Assembly (NCBI GenBank): GCA_049969615.1
Contig: JBMFOM010000015.1
Location: 1 to 25,321, forward strand
Reading direction: 5' to 3'
DNA length: 25,321 bases
Origin: a candidate division WOR-3 bacterium
GTDB taxonomy: Bacteria; Hydrothermota; Hydrothermia; JBDRYB01
Shown here: piece by piece, positions 17,564 through 25,242 of the stretch
How positions within the stretch are numbered: the stretch's first letter is position 1
Layout: every line of letters starts with the position of its first letter
Program-made: the position numbers and the translations under genes
The notes under the pieces: model-generated
What the model saw: only the letters and a program-made list of their open reading frames with translations
Database searches by the model: none
Told to the model about the DNA's origin: nothing

Positions 17564-18294
17564 TTTATCGCCACGCAGGTTATCCTGCCGGTTTTTCTCG
17601 TGGGCGGCAGGGTTGTCATGTGCTGAAAAACCCTCGCTTCCCTGAATCCAGAGGTTTTCAAAAGATCCATGGTCTTCCGGGGGGTATAGCCGCGTTCCAC
17701 ATGCAGTTCATCCAGTCTCTTCCATGCCCCTTGTTCTTCCACGAAGACCGAGATTTTTAGCTCGGATATGTCCGGTCTGAGGAACCGGGTCCGCCAAACC
17801 GATAGGACTCCTTCTGATTCGTTGACCTTCACGTTGTTGTCCCAGTAGTGTTTCAGCCCATAGACGGTATTCAGATCAAAGACAAAAACGCCGCCAGGCC
17901 TAAGGTGATCCCTGGTCTCGCGAAATGCCCGGATCATTTCGTCGTCCGAGAGCAGGTTGTTCAAGGAATCGTATATGCAGGTTACGGCGTCAAAATCACA
18001 CTCCAGTCCCCAGGATAGAAAATCGCCCTGGATGAATTCAGTCCCAGGCAATTTCTTTCTCGCTACCTCAAGCATCTCGGCCGAGGCATCCAGACCCATT
18101 ACCCTGTATCCCCTGGCCAGGAGCTCCCGAGTCAGGTTCCCCGTGCCGCAGGCCAGGTCAAGAACGTCCAGAACACTTCTCCTTGCCTGAGCGAGCATCT
18201 CCGTGATGTAATCGCACCAGACACCGTAGTCCACCTGGGACATCAAGCGATCATAGTAGGGTGCTATTTTGGTGAAACTTCTCGCCCACTGCAT
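17560..18294 (-). CDS. Class I SAM-dependent methyltransferase
   Basis: YYDRLM..DY, motif I LDLACGTG, GLDAS.EML, DSLN and LRPGGVFVFD. ATG 18294 chosen because the longer ORF starts inside the -35 box. Confidence 0.9.
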   Translation of the reverse strand: MQWARSFTKIAPYYDRLMSQVDYGVWCDYITEMLAQARRSVLDVLDLACGTGNLTRELLARGYRVMGLDASAEMLEVARKKLPGTEFIQGDFLSWGLECDFDAVTCIYDSLNNLLSDDEMIRAFRETRDHLRPGGVFVFDLNTVYGLKHYWDNNVKVNESEGVLSVWRTRFLRPDISELKISVFVEEQGAWKRLDELHVERGYTPRKTMDLLKTSGFREARVFQHMTTLPPTRKTGRITCVAIK

Positions 18295-18301
18295 CCTGAA
18301 A

Positions 18302-18330
18302 ATTATATCCCATTGTGATCGCAGGATCAA
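18302..18330 (-). promoter_or_regulatory. Sigma70 promoter of methyltransferase-EndoQ; partial copy 3 of the repeat, probably leaderless
   Basis: On the - strand: TTGATC (18330-18325), 17 nt, TATAAT (18307-18302), then 7 nt to ATG. CAAATAATTGATCCTGC matches copy 1 at 16/17. Confidence 0.8.
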
Positions 18331-18505
18331 TTATTTGAGATACCCCTGATAAAGTAGTAATAACCTATTCGTTTAAGCCAGGAGCACTTTGTCCAAAAGA
18401 ACAGGTTTCTAAGAGGGGCCTCTTGAAAAATCCCTTCACGGGGGCATTTTCTGAGGGTTCTCTTCCAGCTATGATAAGGCTTTCGGATAAGGGGCAAAGG
18501 GCAAG

Positions 18506-18526
18506 CCGGGATTTTTCAGGGGTTTC
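18506..18526 (+). repeat. Repeat sub-motif CCGGGATTTTTCAGGGGTTTC
   Basis: Exact 21/21 reverse complement of 12668-12688. Degenerate copies at 16273-16292 (-), 18337-18353 (-), 18446-18462 (+) and 25275-25290 (+). Confidence 0.85.
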
Positions 18527-18648
18527 GCGTTCATAGACCCCCCGGAATTCAAAAGCCGCGTCTTTGCCAGGAAATCATGCAACGCTTGCTTGGTCCCAGT
18601 TGTGGAATAAGATTTAAGGCCAGCTTTAGAATTTCTCACTAGAGAGAA

Positions 18649-18936
18649 ATGCTAGTCGCGCTTCTTGAGGTTGATTTGTTGTTGCCGGGCTCTTCAAGCC
18701 TGAAGGAGAAACGGGTTGTTTTGAATCGCCTGAAGGACAAAGTATCCAGGCAATTCAAGGTCTCGGTGGCCGAGGTCGGAGACTCCAAAGACAGCTGGGC
18801 CACGAGCTCCCTCGCGGTGGTAGCGGTTTCGGATGATGGCGCGGTTCTCTCGTCAGTGATGAACCAGGTGGTCAACTTTATGGAAAGGGAAAAGGGGGTT
18901 GAGATAACAAGGTATTCAACGAGATTTATAGGATGA
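18649..18936 (+). CDS. DUF503 (YlxP-like) protein
   Basis: SLKEKR.V...LK, FKVSVAEVG..D.W signature; 95 aa. Confidence 0.9.
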   Translation: MLVALLEVDLLLPGSSSLKEKRVVLNRLKDKVSRQFKVSVAEVGDSKDSWATSSLAVVAVSDDGAVLSSVMNQVVNFMEREKGVEITRYSTRFIG

Positions 18937-19199
18937 TAGAGAGACAGGTAACCATAGTCAACACCCTGGGCATTCATGCCAGACCAGCAACCCTGGTTGC
19001 CCAGGTAGCCCAGCGTTTCCAATCTGACATCACTGTGGAAAAGGATGGGCTTGAAGTGAACGCCAAGAGCGTTATGGGCGTGATGATGCTGGTCGCGGCA
19101 AAGGGATCGGTGATAACAATAAGGGCTTCCGGTCCGGATGAGGCCGATGCCGCCGAAGCGCTCGTGAAACTCGTGGAGGATGGATTTGGAGAGGAATAA
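18933..19199 (+). CDS. ptsH: Phosphocarrier protein HPr
   Basis: NTLGIHARPA (His15 site), NAKSVMGVM (Ser46 site), GPDE and C-terminal FGEE. Confidence 0.96.
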   Translation: MIERQVTIVNTLGIHARPATLVAQVAQRFQSDITVEKDGLEVNAKSVMGVMMLVAAKGSVITIRASGPDEADAAEALVKLVEDGFGEE

Positions 19200-20856
19200 G
19201 ACGCTCTATGGCGTCCCGGTTGCCAGGGGGGTCGCCATAGGGAGAGCCTTCCTGCGCGATGATGGACAAGGCTTAGGCGAAGAGAGTCTCTCCGGCGAAG
19301 GGGCCCTCTCCCGCATTCTGGCCGTCTTGGATGAGGCCGCCAACGAGATGAGGGAATCGTCCCGGCTCCTGCCCATAGAGGTGAAGAGGATGACTGAGGC
19401 TCAGATTGCCATTTTGGAGGATTCCGGATTCCGCGACTCCATAAAGAAGGGTTTGGAATCTGGGCTGCCTCCGGATCAGAGCATATCCAAAGCAATGGAG
19501 GCCATGGCCTCAAAGCTTGAGTCTTCATCCTCCGAATACATGAAGGAAAGGGCAGGAGAGATGAGGGGCCTCGCCAGGGAAATAATCAGGCTCCTGACTG
19601 GCAGGAGGCCAATACCAGACGACGCAGTTCTGGTATGCGAGGATATAACTGTTCCAGAGGCCCTGAGGGCCGTCAACTCTGGCGTTAAAGCAGTGATAAT
19701 GGAGCGCGGAGCCGTGACATCGCACGGCGTGATAATACTCAGGGATTACCACATCCCGACACTCATAGAGGTCTTTGAGGCAACCAAGGTCATACAGGAG
19801 GGAACGACCCTCGCGGTTGATGGCTCCGGAGGCATGCTCATCGTTGATCCCGACGAGGAGACTCTTGCCAGTTTCCAAGAGAAGATAGCGGACGAGAAAA
19901 GGGAACAAGAGGAGTTGGAGAAGCTCGTTGGCATTGAAACCAAAACCCTGAACGGGCACAGGGTTGAGATAATGATGAACCTTGACCTTCCGGAGGAAAT
20001 AGCCCTGGTTGAGAAGGTCAAGAAATGCGGGGTCGGGTTGTTCAGAACAGAATATCTGTTCCTCACTGGTCGCAGGGACGAGGAGAGTCAGTTCCGGATC
20101 TACAGGAACATGGCGGAAGCGGTTCATCCCTATGTTTTTACCGTCAGGACCTTTGACCTGGGAGGAGACAAGGTGGTCGGAATACAGGAGGCAAACCCGT
20201 TCCTAGGGATGAGGGGAATAAGATTCCTGATGGCCAGGCCGGATATGTTCAAGGCGCAACTACGCGCCGCAGTGAGGGCGAACGAGCTGGGCAACCTCCG
20301 GATCATGTTTCCCATGGTTTCGTCCCTCAGTGAATTAGCCAGTGCGAAGGCGCTTTATCAGGAAGTCGTAGATGAGTTGTCCCCGGAGCATGTCCCGGCT
20401 TTGGGCATAATGGTGGAGGTTCCATCGGTAGTCATGATGGCTGATGAGTTCGCTAGGGAAGTTGAATTCATGTCGATAGGCACGAACGACCTTACCCAAT
20501 ATACCCTCGCGGTTGACAGGCAGAATTTCAGAGTCTCTCACCTATACCAGCAGATTGATCCAGCTGTTCTCCGCGGAGTTCACAGGGTAATAGAGGCCGG
20601 CCGATCCGCTGGCATTCCGGTGTCCGTGTGCGGGGAACTCGCCTCCGATCCGGTGGGGGCCCTTGTCCTCATGTCTCTGGGGGTTAGGGAGCTGTCCGTA
20701 TCTCCTCCGAACTACCTGAGGGCAAAGAAGATGATCCTAAATCTCAAGGTGGAGGACATGGACATGATAAGAGACAGTATACTTTCTGCCAGAACTCCTG
20801 AGGAAATAAGGCGCATGGCTCACTGGCTCATAAAACAGAAGGGGATACCCGCATGA
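19180..20856 (+). CDS. ptsI: PEP-protein phosphotransferase (PTS enzyme I)
   Basis: TSHG phospho-His, GVGLFRTEYL, RTFDLGGDK, EANPFLGMRGIR, MVEVP, SIGTNDLTQY and CGELA motifs. Confidence 0.96.
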   Translation: MDLERNKTLYGVPVARGVAIGRAFLRDDGQGLGEESLSGEGALSRILAVLDEAANEMRESSRLLPIEVKRMTEAQIAILEDSGFRDSIKKGLESGLPPDQSISKAMEAMASKLESSSSEYMKERAGEMRGLAREIIRLLTGRRPIPDDAVLVCEDITVPEALRAVNSGVKAVIMERGAVTSHGVIILRDYHIPTLIEVFEATKVIQEGTTLAVDGSGGMLIVDPDEETLASFQEKIADEKREQEELEKLVGIETKTLNGHRVEIMMNLDLPEEIALVEKVKKCGVGLFRTEYLFLTGRRDEESQFRIYRNMAEAVHPYVFTVRTFDLGGDKVVGIQEANPFLGMRGIRFLMARPDMFKAQLRAAVRANELGNLRIMFPMVSSLSELASAKALYQEVVDELSPEHVPALGIMVEVPSVVMMADEFAREVEFMSIGTNDLTQYTLAVDRQNFRVSHLYQQIDPAVLRGVHRVIEAGRSAGIPVSVCGELASDPVGALVLMSLGVRELSVSPPNYLRAKKMILNLKVEDMDMIRDSILSARTPEEIRRMAHWLIKQKGIPA

Positions 20857-21674
20857 GGAAAAACATTCCGAAGGCGAGTTCAACTACCGGCTGGGATGAA
20901 ATTGAGGTCACTAGAGCCATATTCCGGGCCTACTCGGATAAATTTATGGATAGCCTCAGGCTAGATGTAGCGATAGTCGGTGCCGGCCCCAGCGGTATGG
21001 TTGCCTCATATTACCTGGCCTTGGAGGGTTTCAGGGTGGCGGTCTTTGAGCGCAAGCTGGCCCCTGGCGGCGGGATGTGGGGGGGCGGGATGATGTTCAA
21101 TGAGATAGTTGTCCAGAAAGAGGCTCTCCCCATCATGGATGAGTTCGGAGTGCGGTATTCCCATGTCGATAATGGGCTTTATGTTGCTGACTCAGTCCAC
21201 ACAATGGCCATGCTACTGGCTGGAGCGACTTCCCGTGGCGTCCGGATTTTCAACTGCGTCTCCGTTGAGGACATAATGGCAAGGGATAAGAGGATAGCGG
21301 GCATAGTTATCCAATGGACTCCTGTGGATTGGGCGAAGATGCATGTTGATCCCCTAACAATAGCGGCCAGGGTCGTGATTGACGCCACCGGCCACGAGGC
21401 CGAAGTAACGAGAATGGTTCAGGACAAACTTAAGGCGAAACTCAACACCCCAACCGGGCGAATAATGGACGAAAGGCCCATGTGGGCCGAGAGGGCAGAA
21501 GAGGAGGTTGTGGCTAACACCCGCGAGGTCTATCCGGGCCTCTGGGTGATGGGTATGGCCGCTAACGCGGTTTATGGGTCCGCACGCATGGGCCCAATAT
21601 TCGGCGGAATGCTTCTGTCTGGTAGGCGCGCCGCGGAGGATGTGGCAAAATATCTGAGGGAACGCGGAAATTGA
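20853..21674 (+). CDS. thi4: Sulfide-dependent (non-Cys) adenosine diphosphate thiazole synthase
   Basis: IVGAGPSG, GGGMWGGGMMF, MHVDP, DATGH and RMGPIFGGMLLSG motifs. Confidence 0.94.
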   Translation: MRKNIPKASSTTGWDEIEVTRAIFRAYSDKFMDSLRLDVAIVGAGPSGMVASYYLALEGFRVAVFERKLAPGGGMWGGGMMFNEIVVQKEALPIMDEFGVRYSHVDNGLYVADSVHTMAMLLAGATSRGVRIFNCVSVEDIMARDKRIAGIVIQWTPVDWAKMHVDPLTIAARVVIDATGHEAEVTRMVQDKLKAKLNTPTGRIMDERPMWAERAEEEVVANTREVYPGLWVMGMAANAVYGSARMGPIFGGMLLSGRRAAEDVAKYLRERGN

Positions 21675-23509
21675 GGGCAATATTGAGCAGGAGACTGAAG
21701 GATTTCTGCTTTGGTGGTGTTATTTTTGCGCCGGTTATCCTCGCCCAGGCCGATGTTGGAAACCTTCTGGAAAAAGACCCGAGGGCCGCGGTCGCTGTCC
21801 TGAAAGTTCTGGCAGGGCAAAACGAAATAGCCAAACCATGGGTGCAATACACCCTGCTGAAGGCCTATCTCAAACTGGATATGCCAGATAGCGCGGAGGC
21901 CATCCTACCATCACTGGAAACTCCACAATTGCGCTATGGTCTGGAGAAGTTGTTTGATTACTACCTGTCAAATGGAAAACCGACAAGGGTGCTTGAACTA
22001 TCCGCCCGTTATCCAAAAATTGTTGGCGGGAGGCCAGTTCTTCTCTGGCAGAGGGCACGGGCCGAGAAGGCATCCGGCAAAATCTCACAGCTGAGCAAAA
22101 CACTCACGGAACTTGTGGATGGGTTTCCGTCATCCGTCTATGCGGAAAAAGCGCTTGAGGAGGGCAAATTTTCCCAGGATAACAAGGCAATCGTCCTATA
22201 CAATAGGGGCAAATACAGGGAGGTCATATCAATCTTCAAGAAAACCCGTCCTATATCCGGCATGGCTTATCACGCGTATTTCATGAGTCTATACAAGACA
22301 AAGGACTACACTGGTGCTGTCTCGTTGTATGAGCGCGATAGGGTCAGGAAGCTCGGTGGGGATTATTCTGACGACATATTCTTCTCTGTCGGGGTGTCAT
22401 ACAACAAGATCGGGATGCCGGACCAGGCCATATCTGCCCTAACAATGGTGGGAGGCATGGTTGAAAAAGCTGTAACAGAGGCCTCGTTCATAATCCTTGA
22501 GGCCAACAAACCGGACGCATGGCGGCAGGAGCGTTATCAGGACATAAAAAAGGCATTCGCTGGAACCAGGAACCCTGACGCGCTTCTTCGGCTCGGACTA
22601 TTGGCGTTTGCATTGGGTAAACAGGATGAGGCAGAGACATTTCTCAGGAAAGCACTTGATAACAACCCTTCTTTGGGAACCGAAGGCGCCTGCTACTACT
22701 GGCTCTGGCGCGCGACGGGCGACGGCCTCTGGAAGGCACGCCTGCTCTCGGTTGATCCCCTCAGCTGGCATGGGTTAATGGCGAGGCCATGGATACCTAC
22801 AACCGACATTGACCCGTGTTCGTGGTCAGGCATACCATCTGATACAGAAGCCCCCAAGGCCGTTGAAATAATGGTTAGGCTCGGACTCCTTGACGAGGTC
22901 TATTCTACCCTGAAAGACAAGCCTGGAACATGGTGGCTTGGTGGAAAAGCCTTGACAGACGCAGGGGATTTCATAGGCGCAAGCAGACTGTTCACGGAGA
23001 TATACAGAAAAGCACCCAGGAGGGATACCCTACCGGAGAAACTCCTGGCGGCCATGTATCCCTTCTTATACTGGGACGAGATAAAGCGCGCCGCTGACTC
23101 CGCTGGGATTGCGCCGGCACTGCTTTTCGGTGTTGTAAGGGAGGAAAGCCGTTTTAAGCCGGATGCGGTCTCGCCAGCCGGAGCGAAGGGCCTAGCACAG
23201 TTGATGAATTACACCGCCAGGCGAGTGGCGGATTCCCTGAAAATAACATACGATATATTTGATGCTAATGATAACCTATACCTGGGCGCGGTTCACCTCC
23301 GGGAGCGGTTGAACGATTTTGGCCAGGATTACCTGGCAGTGGCCGCATACAACGCTGGCCCCAACCCGGTTAGGCGCTGGCTTGGCTTCATGCCCGGATG
23401 GCCACAGGACCTCTTCTGCGAGTTCATAACCTACTCGGAGACCAGGAACTACACGAAGAATGTGATGAAGAGCTACTGGGTCTATAGGGAACTGATGGGC
23501 AAACAATAA
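21671..23509 (+). CDS. Lytic transglycosylase (SLT domain) with N-terminal TPR-like helical repeats
   Basis: C-terminal VREESRF, SPAGAKGLAQLM, AAYNAG and ETRNY motifs. Helical-repeat N-terminal region and a possible signal peptide; start uncertain. Confidence 0.9.
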   Translation: MRAILSRRLKDFCFGGVIFAPVILAQADVGNLLEKDPRAAVAVLKVLAGQNEIAKPWVQYTLLKAYLKLDMPDSAEAILPSLETPQLRYGLEKLFDYYLSNGKPTRVLELSARYPKIVGGRPVLLWQRARAEKASGKISQLSKTLTELVDGFPSSVYAEKALEEGKFSQDNKAIVLYNRGKYREVISIFKKTRPISGMAYHAYFMSLYKTKDYTGAVSLYERDRVRKLGGDYSDDIFFSVGVSYNKIGMPDQAISALTMVGGMVEKAVTEASFIILEANKPDAWRQERYQDIKKAFAGTRNPDALLRLGLLAFALGKQDEAETFLRKALDNNPSLGTEGACYYWLWRATGDGLWKARLLSVDPLSWHGLMARPWIPTTDIDPCSWSGIPSDTEAPKAVEIMVRLGLLDEVYSTLKDKPGTWWLGGKALTDAGDFIGASRLFTEIYRKAPRRDTLPEKLLAAMYPFLYWDEIKRAADSAGIAPALLFGVVREESRFKPDAVSPAGAKGLAQLMNYTARRVADSLKITYDIFDANDNLYLGAVHLRERLNDFGQDYLAVAAYNAGPNPVRRWLGFMPGWPQDLFCEFITYSETRNYTKNVMKSYWVYRELMGKQ

Positions 23510-23523
23510 TCCCAGATTGAGGC

Positions 23524-23601
23524 TGTTCCAGAATAGGGTTATTGAGAAATGGAATAATATAGGCTCCCCGGATAAATCAGGGCCCTGACAACCGCTGGGG
23601 G
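23524..23601. terminator. Hairpins between convergent slt and aldehyde dehydrogenase genes (possible terminator)
   Basis: Stem TGTTCCA/TGGAATA (23524-23556) and stem CCCCGG/CTGGGG (23566-23600) enclosing the palindrome TCAGGGCCCTGA. No clear U-tract. Confidence 0.35.
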
Positions 23602-23607
23602 TAACCG

Positions 23608-25116
23608 CTAGCCGCTGATCTTTGCCCTCTCGTCCGTGTCTATCTGCGCCCTCTGCAAGGTCCCTGAATAGTCTATGTAGACAGTCTTTATCTCGTTGAA
23701 GATCTCGTATACCGTCCAGCCGCCCTCGCGGTGGCCGTTGCCCGTTTGCTTAACGCCCCCAAAGGGCAGGTGGCACTCCGCGCCAATGGTGGGCGCGTTT
23801 ATGTAGGTTATACCTGCCTCCAGTTCCTCAATCGCGCGCATGGATTCCCGCAGGTCTTTAGTATATATGGAGGAAGACAGGCCATATCTGACACCGTTTG
23901 CCACCGCGATCGCCTCATCCAGGCTCTTGACCTTTATAACAGAGAGGACAGGCCCGAATATTTCCTCCTGCTCTATGCGCATCCCTGGCTTCACGCCTTC
24001 AAATATGGTCGGTGCGTGGAACCAGCCCCTTGCCAATGGGCCATCGGTGAGCCTCTCTCCACCATAAGCAAGCGAGGCACCCTCGCTCTTTCCTATTTCA
24101 ACATAGGATTGGACGGTCTTCATTTGACTCTCGTTGACCAGAGGCCCCATCCGGGTCTCGTCCCTGGTTGGGTCGCCTATCCTCAGGGTTTTCACCCTCT
24201 TTATCAACCTGTCCATCATATCATCATAGACATCCTGATGGACTATGAGCCTGCTGGTCGCGGTGCACCTCTGGCCCTGTGTTCCAAAAGCTCCCCAGAG
24301 CACGCCATCAACCGCAAGGTCAAGATCCGCTGATGGCATAACAATCTGTGGGTTCTTTCCGCCCAGCTCAAGGGAAACCCTCTTCAGGTGTTTGCCGGCG
24401 AGCTCGGCTATCCTCGCGCCGACCTCAACCGAGCCAGTGAACGATATGACGCCGACATCCGGGTGGGTCAGTATTGCCTCACCAACCTCCCCTCCCCCAC
24501 CGGTAACCAGGTTCAGGACACCCGGTGGCAATCCGGCCTCCTCAAATATCCTCACGAATTCGGCCGCGCACGCCGGTGTGTCTGTCGCTGGCTTGAAAAT
24601 GACACAGTTACCAGACAGAAGGGCGGGGAATATCTTCCAGGAAGGTATGGCCATCGGGAAGTTCCACGGGGTTATGAGGCCAGCTATGCCTATTGGCCTC
24701 AAGATGGTCAACGCCATCTTGTCCGGAAGCTCCGAGGGCGCGTTCCTGGAGAAAAGCCTCCTGCCCTCGCCAAACGCGTAATAACCGGTGTCTATTGCTT
24801 CCTGGGTGTCTCCCCTCGCCTCGGTTATGACCTTTCCCATCTCCCTGGCCATAAGCAGGGATATATCCTCCTTGCGCTTCACGAGGAGCTCGGTTGCCCG
24901 GAGCATTATTTCCCCGCGTTTTGGCGCGGGCAGTTTTGACCACTTGGGAAAAGCCTTTTTCGCGGCCTCAATTGCCCTGGCAACATCCTTCGCGCTTGAT
25001 TTAGGGAAGGTGCCGATAACCTCTTCCCAGTCCGAGGGGTTCCTGTTCTCAAAGACGCGTCCTGTCTCCGAGGGAACCCATTTTCCATCTATGTAGTTAA
25101 GGTATTCCTTTGCCAT
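23608..25116 (-). CDS. NAD(P)-dependent aldehyde dehydrogenase (substrate not assignable)
   Basis: ITPWNFP, FKPA, FTGS, catalytic LELGGKN and GQRCTA, EEIFGP and PFGGVK motifs. GGAG SD. Confidence 0.95.
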   Translation of the reverse strand: MAKEYLNYIDGKWVPSETGRVFENRNPSDWEEVIGTFPKSSAKDVARAIEAAKKAFPKWSKLPAPKRGEIMLRATELLVKRKEDISLLMAREMGKVITEARGDTQEAIDTGYYAFGEGRRLFSRNAPSELPDKMALTILRPIGIAGLITPWNFPMAIPSWKIFPALLSGNCVIFKPATDTPACAAEFVRIFEEAGLPPGVLNLVTGGGGEVGEAILTHPDVGVISFTGSVEVGARIAELAGKHLKRVSLELGGKNPQIVMPSADLDLAVDGVLWGAFGTQGQRCTATSRLIVHQDVYDDMMDRLIKRVKTLRIGDPTRDETRMGPLVNESQMKTVQSYVEIGKSEGASLAYGGERLTDGPLARGWFHAPTIFEGVKPGMRIEQEEIFGPVLSVIKVKSLDEAIAVANGVRYGLSSSIYTKDLRESMRAIEELEAGITYINAPTIGAECHLPFGGVKQTGNGHREGGWTVYEIFNEIKTVYIDYSGTLQRAQIDTDERAKISG

Positions 25117-25137
25117 GGTTTTCTCCGTTGGGTCTTG

Positions 25138-25143
25138 ATTATA
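25138..25143 (-). promoter_or_regulatory. -10 box of the aldehyde dehydrogenase promoter
   Basis: Perfect TATAAT on the - strand 21 nt upstream of the ATG; -35 region poor. Confidence 0.5.
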
Positions 25144-25217
25144 AAATGAGAGCGCGGCTTGGTGCCATTACAATCCGGATCTTGTAGTAAGACCCATCTT
25201 TGACACCTCATTTTTCG

Positions 25218-25242
25218 TAAGTCATTGATAAGTAAGGACTTA
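25218..25242. promoter_or_regulatory. Interrupted palindrome containing an IHF-consensus site
   Basis: TAAGTC-N13-GACTTA. The rc of 25218-25230 is TATCAATGACTTA, matching WATCAANNNNTTR. Confidence 0.5.

Noticed and set aside
16337-18294. Nuclease plus methyltransferase as a restriction-modification or defence system
   Set aside because: The methyltransferase lacks DNA-MTase catalytic motifs (DPPY/NPPY or PCQ), and the nuclease is a PHP-type EndoQ repair family member.
18313-18330. FNR/CRP-like site TTGTGATCGCAGGATCAA
   Set aside because: Half-site spacing is 6 rather than FNR's 4, the second half is not TCACA, and one half is simply the -35 box.
18331-18648. CRISPR array, tRNA or confident 6S RNA call
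   Set aside because: No regularly spaced direct repeats, no cloverleaf or T-loop, and no clear rod with central bubble. Kept only as a candidate structured element.
14452-21674. Functional link in which NrfA sulfite reduction supplies sulfide to Thi4
   Set aside because: The genes lie in separate divergent operons and the proteins act in different compartments; nothing in the sequence supports the link.
23731-24939. Long + strand ORFs antisense to the aldehyde dehydrogenase
   Set aside because: Shadow ORFs with no recognisable motifs, fully overlapping a well-supported gene.
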